Shown piece after piece: positions 56,625 through 64,000 of a stretch of 64,000 nt of DNA. The position numbers and the translations under genes were made by a program. Numbering within the stretch: position 1 is the stretch's first letter; each line of letters opens with the position of its first letter. This stretch comes from Octopus vulgaris. Lineage: Eukaryota. A model generated the notes under the pieces. That model saw only the letters and a list, made by a program, of their open reading frames with translations, was not told the origin of the DNA and made no database searches. Where the stretch lies: contig OX597825.1 in assembly GCA_951406725.2 (NCBI GenBank), positions 54,002,001 to 54,066,000 of the forward strand, in the 5' to 3' direction.

Positions 56625-56655
<31 letters not shown>

Positions 56656-56679
56656 GTCCACAGATGATATCCAGCAATT

Positions 56680-56990
56680 CTCCGGTTAGTCGACACTTAG
56701 TATTGCTTAAAAGGTTCAATCTTAGACATCCGTGTGTTTACAAGGGATCGATTCCTTATGTATATCCAGCTTGGGAGTGCGCACAGGAACGTTGGTGGAC
56801 CACAGATCAGATATTAGAACAAAATGAAGCTTAACCTCTTAGAAATGAAGATAGCTCGCAGCACCTTTGAGCGAACAGCCTTAGAACGAACAAACTGGAG
56901 ATCATTGAGTTAAAATAGTATTAAAATGTTTGTTGCTTCGTGGTGCAAGGCAAAGGTGATAAGCGGTTGCAAGTATACCACCTGTATAGA
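56680..56990 (+). mobile_element. Old RTE LINE 3' remnant
   Basis: Manual translation GGPQIRY*NKMKLNLLEMKIARSTFERTALERTNWRSL parallels HKPKKRYKDLLKASLRDACITPDTLEGIAIDRSRWIRI of the 16.2-kb RTE. Confidence 0.65.
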
Positions 56991-57173
56991 GCTGTAATTC
57001 TCATACTTGCAACATCTGTGGCTTTCTTTGCAAATCGTTGGCGGAACTTAAATGTCACAATCGATATAAGCTTTATGACTGACAAAGAAAGAGTACGTTG
57101 CTGGAGCCCCGTGTGTGTGTGTGTTTGTGTGTCAGTGTGTGTGGTATACACACACACACACACACACACACAT

Positions 57174-57230
<57 letters not shown>

Positions 57231-57261
57231 TATATACGCATATATGTATGTATATATATTC

Positions 57262-57550
57262 ATGGCCTAGTGCTAGAGCAGTGGACTCGCGGTCGAGGGA
57301 TCGCAGGTTCGAATCTCGGACCGGATGATGAGTGTGTTTATGAGCGAAACAACTAAATTCCACGCTTCTCCGGCAGGAGGTAATGGCGAATTTCTGCTGA
57401 CTTTTTCACCACAACTTCCTCTCACTCTTTCCCCCTGCATCTAGCAAGTGACCTGTAACAGACCGGCGTTTCCTCCTGGTGGGGAACCTATAATCCAACA
57501 TAACGGGGAAGCCGCCCTTTATGAACCAGATATGACTCGGGAAGGAACAA
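57262..57550 (+). mobile_element. tRNA-derived SINE
   Basis: A box tggcctagtgc, B box ggttcgaatc; first ~170 nt homologous to the 22577 SINE, with a different tail. Confidence 0.85.
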
Positions 57551-57564
57551 ACACATGCATACAT

Positions 57565-57638
<74 letters not shown>

Positions 57639-57699
57639 TATATATATATATATATTTATATTATATATATATATGTATATATATACATATATATGTATG

Positions 57700-57825
<126 letters not shown>

Positions 57826-57874
57826 TACATATATACATATATATATATATATGTGTGTGTGTGTGTATGTAGGT

Positions 57875-58654
57875 ATGTATATATACATGAATATATGTGT
57901 GTGTGTATATGTGTATGCATATGCCCCACAATACACGTGGGTAGAATACAATTAATTTTTACTTTTCGTTGATGTAAACGGACTAATTTATGACATAACT
58001 TGATTGGTGATCAAGTGTTAGACTCTGTGACATTCATTTCTATTTCGTGGCTGATAGGTGACATATATATAATCGATACTAATGGGAATGCAACCTTAAC
58101 AGCAGGCTGTTAACCTGAAATATAATTTTCACTTAATTCTCCAGCACTCACTTATGTTTATTTTACTAATCGTCTGTATCACATGGCTCTCTTCGTCAAA
58201 ATTTTGGCCTTCAGCCTAGTCAAAACATTTCAATAATTTATAAACCTAGCTCACATCTTCTCCTTGACATTCCGAACAGACACTCATTTCAGATCAAAAC
58301 CATCTTTAGTTGGCAAGTCAATTTATACGCTTAATGGACTTGCTATTTTAAAATGCAAACTACTTGCTAAGTTACGACCATTCGAGGCGCCAAACCAATA
58401 TATCAAGGAATTTGATTCATTTTCCTGTCGAAGAAGGCCAATTTTTGTAAATTTGCAAGCATTTTGATTTTTCTTATTTATTATTATTATTTAGTTTTTG
58501 TATGTTGCTAAAAATCCAAACAAGGATTTAGTGAAGGTTGGGTGTAATCTTCACAATTTTTTCTAAAATTCTTTCCTATAATAATAGAGGAAAGTTATAT
58601 ATATATATATATATGTGAAAGTATACAATATATATATATACATATACAGACACG

Positions 58655-58739
<85 letters not shown>

Positions 58740-59460
58740 GTATATATACATGAATATATATGCGTGTGTATATGTGTATGCATATGCCCCACAATTACAC
58801 GTGGGTAGAATACAATTAATTTTTACTTTTCGTTGATGTAAACGGACTAATTTATGACATAACTTGATTGGTGATCAAGTGTTAGACTCTGTGACATTCA
58901 TTTCTATTTCGTGGCTGATAGGTGACATATATATAATCGATACTAATGGGAATGCAACCTTAACAGCAGGCTGTTAACCTGAAATATAATTTTCACTTAA
59001 TTCTCCAGCACTCACTTATGTTTATTTTACTAATCGTCTGTATCACATGGCTCTCTTCGTCAAAATTTTGGCCTTCAGCCTAGTCAAAACATTTCAATAA
59101 TTTATAAACCTAGCTCACATCTTCTCCTTGACATTCCGAACAGACACTCATTTCAGATCAAAACCATCTTTAGTTGGCAAGTCAATTTATACGCTTAATG
59201 GACTTGCTATTTTAAAATGCAAACTACTTGCTAAGTTACGACCATTCGAGGCGCCAAACCAATATATCAAGGAATTTGATTCATTTTCCTGTCGAAGAAG
59301 GCCAATTTTTGTAAATTTGCAAGCATTTTGATTTTTCTTATTTATTATTATTATTTAGTTTTTGTATGTTGCTAAAAATCCAAACAAGGATTTAGTGAAG
59401 GTTGGGTGTAATCTTCACAATTTTTTCTAAAATTCTTTCCTATAATAATAGAGGAAAGTT
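57875..59460. repeat. Near-identical direct duplication, ~720-bp unit, period 863-864 bp
   Basis: 57875-58596 vs 58737-59460; identical ORFs at 58264 and 59128. The only non-microsatellite difference I saw is acaatacac vs acaattacac. Confidence 0.95.
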
Positions 59461-59633
59461 GCATTGTCATGGGTTTTTGTTACTTAATGATTCTATTGAA
59501 TCGGTTTTCCAATATCTTCTTTCTGCAAGAGGAACACAATCCTGGGTATGTGTCAGATGTGAAAGTAATATATGAAAATACAATAATTCATGCATATAGA
59601 TAAAGCAATAAATAGACAAACATATACAGACAC

Positions 59634-59696
<63 letters not shown>

Positions 59697-59995
59697 TATA
59701 TACACGCATACACACCCATATGGTGCATGTCTGTAGGAGAAAGAAAGAGCAGTTATTCATATTTAGAATAAAACGATGGTAATATGTAAATCATGTTCTT
59801 ATGAGAGGACTTACAATCAGATTTAACGGATGGAGGAAAAGGTTAAGAATTAGCATGTAATACATATAGTTTCAAGACTATAGTGAATCGAATGCTTATA
59901 TATACATACACGCAAATGTACACACACACACGAACACACACACACACATACACACACGTATACGCCTGCAGGTACACATACAGATAGATGAATAA

Positions 59996-60071
<76 letters not shown>

Positions 60072-60072
60072 T

Positions 60073-60134
<62 letters not shown>

Positions 60135-61213
60135 TGTAAGCACATACTTGCGGAACAAGGTGGAAATACTTGAAGTTTTACTATCTGAGCTTTATTCCAT
60201 TGACCGAATCACTTGCTAATATAAGTGTCCAATGCTCGTCACATATAATAAAATAAAAAGTATTCTCCCTTCTCTCATACAGAGTGTACCTCTAGCATCG
60301 ATTCCCTTCTCAATTTACAATTTCTGCCAAGATAAATCCTCTAAATAGGCGAGGTGCTTTTCTTTAAGTTTCGATTCAGATAAACACTGAAAAAGCAGTC
60401 ATGTTTCCGTCAGCGATCGGTCTGTATTTTCATGTATATTTAGAACTATATTGTAATGAGTTCTGATGTTAGGTCTTTAGTGATTGATTTTACGGTGCTG
60501 TTTCTGGCAGACCGATCGCCGATGTCGAGGTTTCCTCGTTAGGTGGTTTAAATATGATGTGCAACTTCTTAGCAAAGTATCAAGATATAGTCACCTGAAA
60601 TAGGAATACCAGATTAACTACTCCACATTGGGATATAGGTGAATACAAACACACTCACACACACATGCAAATACATACTTACATACATACAAAGATATAT
60701 ACATACACACACACACATACACACACGCACGCTCATTTACACACACACGCTTACTCCCACATGATCAAACAGACTCCATAGAAGTTAGTGTTGGTCCCAC
60801 ATTGACCATAGTACAGTGAAATAGTATAGTGAGAGGCAGCAGACTTTTACAGACACTAAGTTAAAACACTGGCTAAAAACGATGAGGAACGCATTGTCAC
60901 GTTTGTTCCATAGGTGAGCAAGTGGTAGGGGCAACAGTGAGCAGGCTGATGGAAAGAACAATGGAACATGTAAAATCGAGAGTGGCGCTGCAGGAAGAAG
61001 ATGAAGAGAGAGAGTAGTTGAGGATACAAAGAGGAATTAGTAAATTAAGAGTAGATATAGGAAGAAGGAAACAAAGCTCGATTAAATCAGTTTTCTTGGG
61101 AATGTAGACATATTTCTGTGTGTGTGTGTGTTTGTGTATGTGTGCTTGCATGTGTGTGTGTGCGTGTGAGTGTGTTTGCTTGCGTGTGAGTGTGTATGTG
61201 TGTGTGTATGCGC

Positions 61214-61253
<40 letters not shown>

Positions 61254-61838
61254 CATTACCAGATCTGTCACGTAGCCATAACACAAACTTGTTTCAATTA
61301 GCCTCATACAATCTGCAGCAATTCAGATAACAAATAATTGTATAGTGTCAAGATGAATGGCCTTGTGCTTAAACTGAAAGCCCTATTAGTAGTGCTACAT
61401 GGTCCAATACAGTAGCTGAACATAGTTTTAAAAATATATATTATATAACAAACTTTACATATTAGTTTCTGTATGGAGAAAGTATCTCCGCTGCTATACC
61501 ACCAGGATCAACTCAAACATCTGTAGAAATACTATTTCAAAATATGTATTTACTAATTAAGCTACTCGAAATGGCCTTGAAGAGAAATGTTGAGAGATAT
61601 TACTTGAATCCTAGTGACAAATCTACACGTAGGTATTAGTCATATGTTTACAATCGTTTTAACGTATCATGATCACCTATTCACAGCAATAAATACCATT
61701 GCACGTCTATCTGAGTGATTAAAATAGCAAGAGGTCTCAACATAGTGGTCACAGCTTGAAGTATTTCCATTATCGTTCTGTAAAATAAGAGTTGGCCTGA
61801 AATCCAATCGTCGCAACTCTCAAAGAAACAATCATACA

Positions 61839-62012
61839 TCTTATTTCTTTACTACCCACAAGGGGGCTAAACATAGAGGGGACAAACAAGGACAGACAAA
61901 GGGATAAAATCGATTACATCGACCCCAGTGCGTAACTGGTACTTAATTTATCGACCCCGAAAGGATGAAAGGCAAAGTCGACCTCGGCGGAATTTGAACC
62001 CAGAACGTAAAG
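61839..62012 (-). mobile_element. SINE unit of the 39.5-kb array family
   Basis: Reverse complement ...gttcaaattccgccgaggtcgactttgcctttcatcctttcggggtcgataaattaagtaccagttacg...cctctatgtttagcccccttgtgggtagtaaagaaataaga. Confidence 0.9.
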
Positions 62013-62659
62013 AAGAATGTATATATCAGGTGTGCATTCTCAAAGGTTCCTCCCAGAGTTTTACGCTTCTTCTTCAAACCCGAAAGATAATTGACCTCGC
62101 CAAATATGCCACATGACCAGGAATTGGAAGTAGGTCGATGTAAATTCTAAAACAACCTGAGTGAGGATAACTTTCCTTAAAACTGTATAGCTGAATTTCT
62201 CTGGATCAACTGATTTTCTCTGATGGATCCAGTGAGTGAAAGTTATTAGCGTTTGCTGCTGGAGTTGAATCATGCATGTCGAGTGGCAATGGCCTACATT
62301 GGAATTATGTGCAGTTGGCTGACGAGTTCAGAGACAAGATTTTGCTGCAGTGCACGTGAAAATCCTAGCGAGAAATAGCATGTTTGCGTATGTCCCAGCG
62401 TTGGTTACGAATGTGTGTAGCTAGGTGTGTGTGAGCAGTCAGGTGTGTCGGGGGGATATGTGATTGTGTAACTGGTTTTGATGTGGTATTGATAGTGTTG
62501 GTGGTGGTGCTGGTAGTCGAGTGTAAATGCTTAGTTATGATTCAATGATTGGCATCTGGGTGTGGTTTCTACATTCCATTTCATGGTTTTGCATATTCTA
62601 CACTGCAGCAGTTTAGTAAATATATAATCTTTGTTCTATATATTTCTATATATGATATG

Positions 62660-62727
<68 letters not shown>

Positions 62728-63315
62728 GAATACCTACAATATTGTAACATAGATATACCCATGTTATTTTATTTTGTATTTTTGCTCCTGTTTATTCTAT
62801 ATCAAGGCTCTAGAAAATGGTTTACCCAGATATATATACAGAAATATCTCAATATGTTTCAGTCAATATTTCTCTACTCTAAGTTCAATCCATATATTTT
62901 CTCTATACTCTATGTTTGTATTTCGATACATTTTCTATATACCTGGACGTAGATTCAATATAATATCTCTATGTATCTTATACAAAATGTCAATTTCTAC
63001 GAGTTTAACGTGACATGTTGATATTCCACATTCTGTGTTAACCGTTTCTTGAATTAACCTGAGGATAATCTAGATGTCACAAACACGAAATGTCAAACAC
63101 TTGTTTTAAATATGGAATATGACGTTTGATTAATGACTGGGGGATGTCGGCATTTTAGTCCGTTAAACAAACATACCAGACACAAACACACATACACACA
63201 CACACACACACACGCATACACACACACAGATACACGCGCATATAATCCCGATCCACACACATGACCATATAAATATGTGAATACACGTAGGCTGACATTC
63301 GCTCATACACAGACA

Positions 63316-63536
63316 TACGAGGAGGTGCTAAATAGATTTTGGGTTTAAGAGTATCGCAAAAGACCTGGCTGGAGAGCCAACTTCTGGATTTCTTTATAGG
63401 GCTTATATAAACTGAAGGACCGTTGCGATAATTGTGTGAATCTGAGAATGGGATACGTTGAATAAAGTCATCATTAACTGATCAACCATAATTTTTTTAA
63501 TTCAAAGACATGAACCTTTCAGCAATCCATCCTATA
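63316..63536 (+). mobile_element. Mariner-derived MITE, second copy
   Basis: tacgaggaggtgctaaatag...gaacctttcagcaatcc; collinear with 36243-36459. Confidence 0.7.
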
Positions 63537-63914
63537 TGTATATGGACACAAACACATATGCACAAGTTTCAAATATGTTTCATTAATATTTCTTATGTCT
63601 CAGCAGTAAAATTCAGTTTTCAGAATATTGGTGTTTCTCTAGTACACGATGTCTGTGTTTGTCAACCTACAGCAGTCGCTCTCTGCCATATTTCTCTTTA
63701 TCTAAAATCTTTCAGCAACCAGTTTTCTCTCCACATCTTTCCTTCACAACTGCTCTTCCCACTCTTTTTCTCTTTATACATACATACATATGTGTGTGTG
63801 TGCTTGTACGTGTGTACGTATATATGGGCGGGTAGGGACGTATGAATGTGTGCGTGTGTGCGTGCGTGTGTGCGTGCATGTGTATGTTTCTACAATATAT
63901 ACCATGTATATAAC

Positions 63915-63958
<44 letters not shown>

Positions 63959-64000
63959 CAGATATACATATGCATATATACGTATAATACATATACATTT

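Overview
AT-rich, microsatellite-dense eukaryotic DNA with no host gene I can support; the SINE families and microsatellite load resemble a cephalopod (Octopus-like) genome, which is an inference. Most ORF-track entries are translated (AT)n/(GATA)n/(TAA)n/(CA)n repeats. The real coding remnants all belong to transposable elements: two R4/Dong-like LINEs (one sitting in a TAA array), two RTE LINE pieces, four mariner remnants plus MITEs, a probable Tigger/pogo remnant, two zinc-knuckle ORF1-like fragments and three Penelope-type GIY-YIG endonuclease fragments. There are also many tRNA-derived SINEs and an ~864-bp-period near-identical duplication. The main structural signal is a set of long inverted repeats (2.2, 3.9-4.9, 12.1, 20.5, 43.8-45.5 and 54.9 kb). 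Most carry, or lie next to, hammerhead-ribozyme-like cores, and two families can be tied within this window to GIY-YIG coding sequence. These look like Penelope-like elements and their short fold-back derivatives. All alignments and folds were done by eye, so boundaries are approximate.
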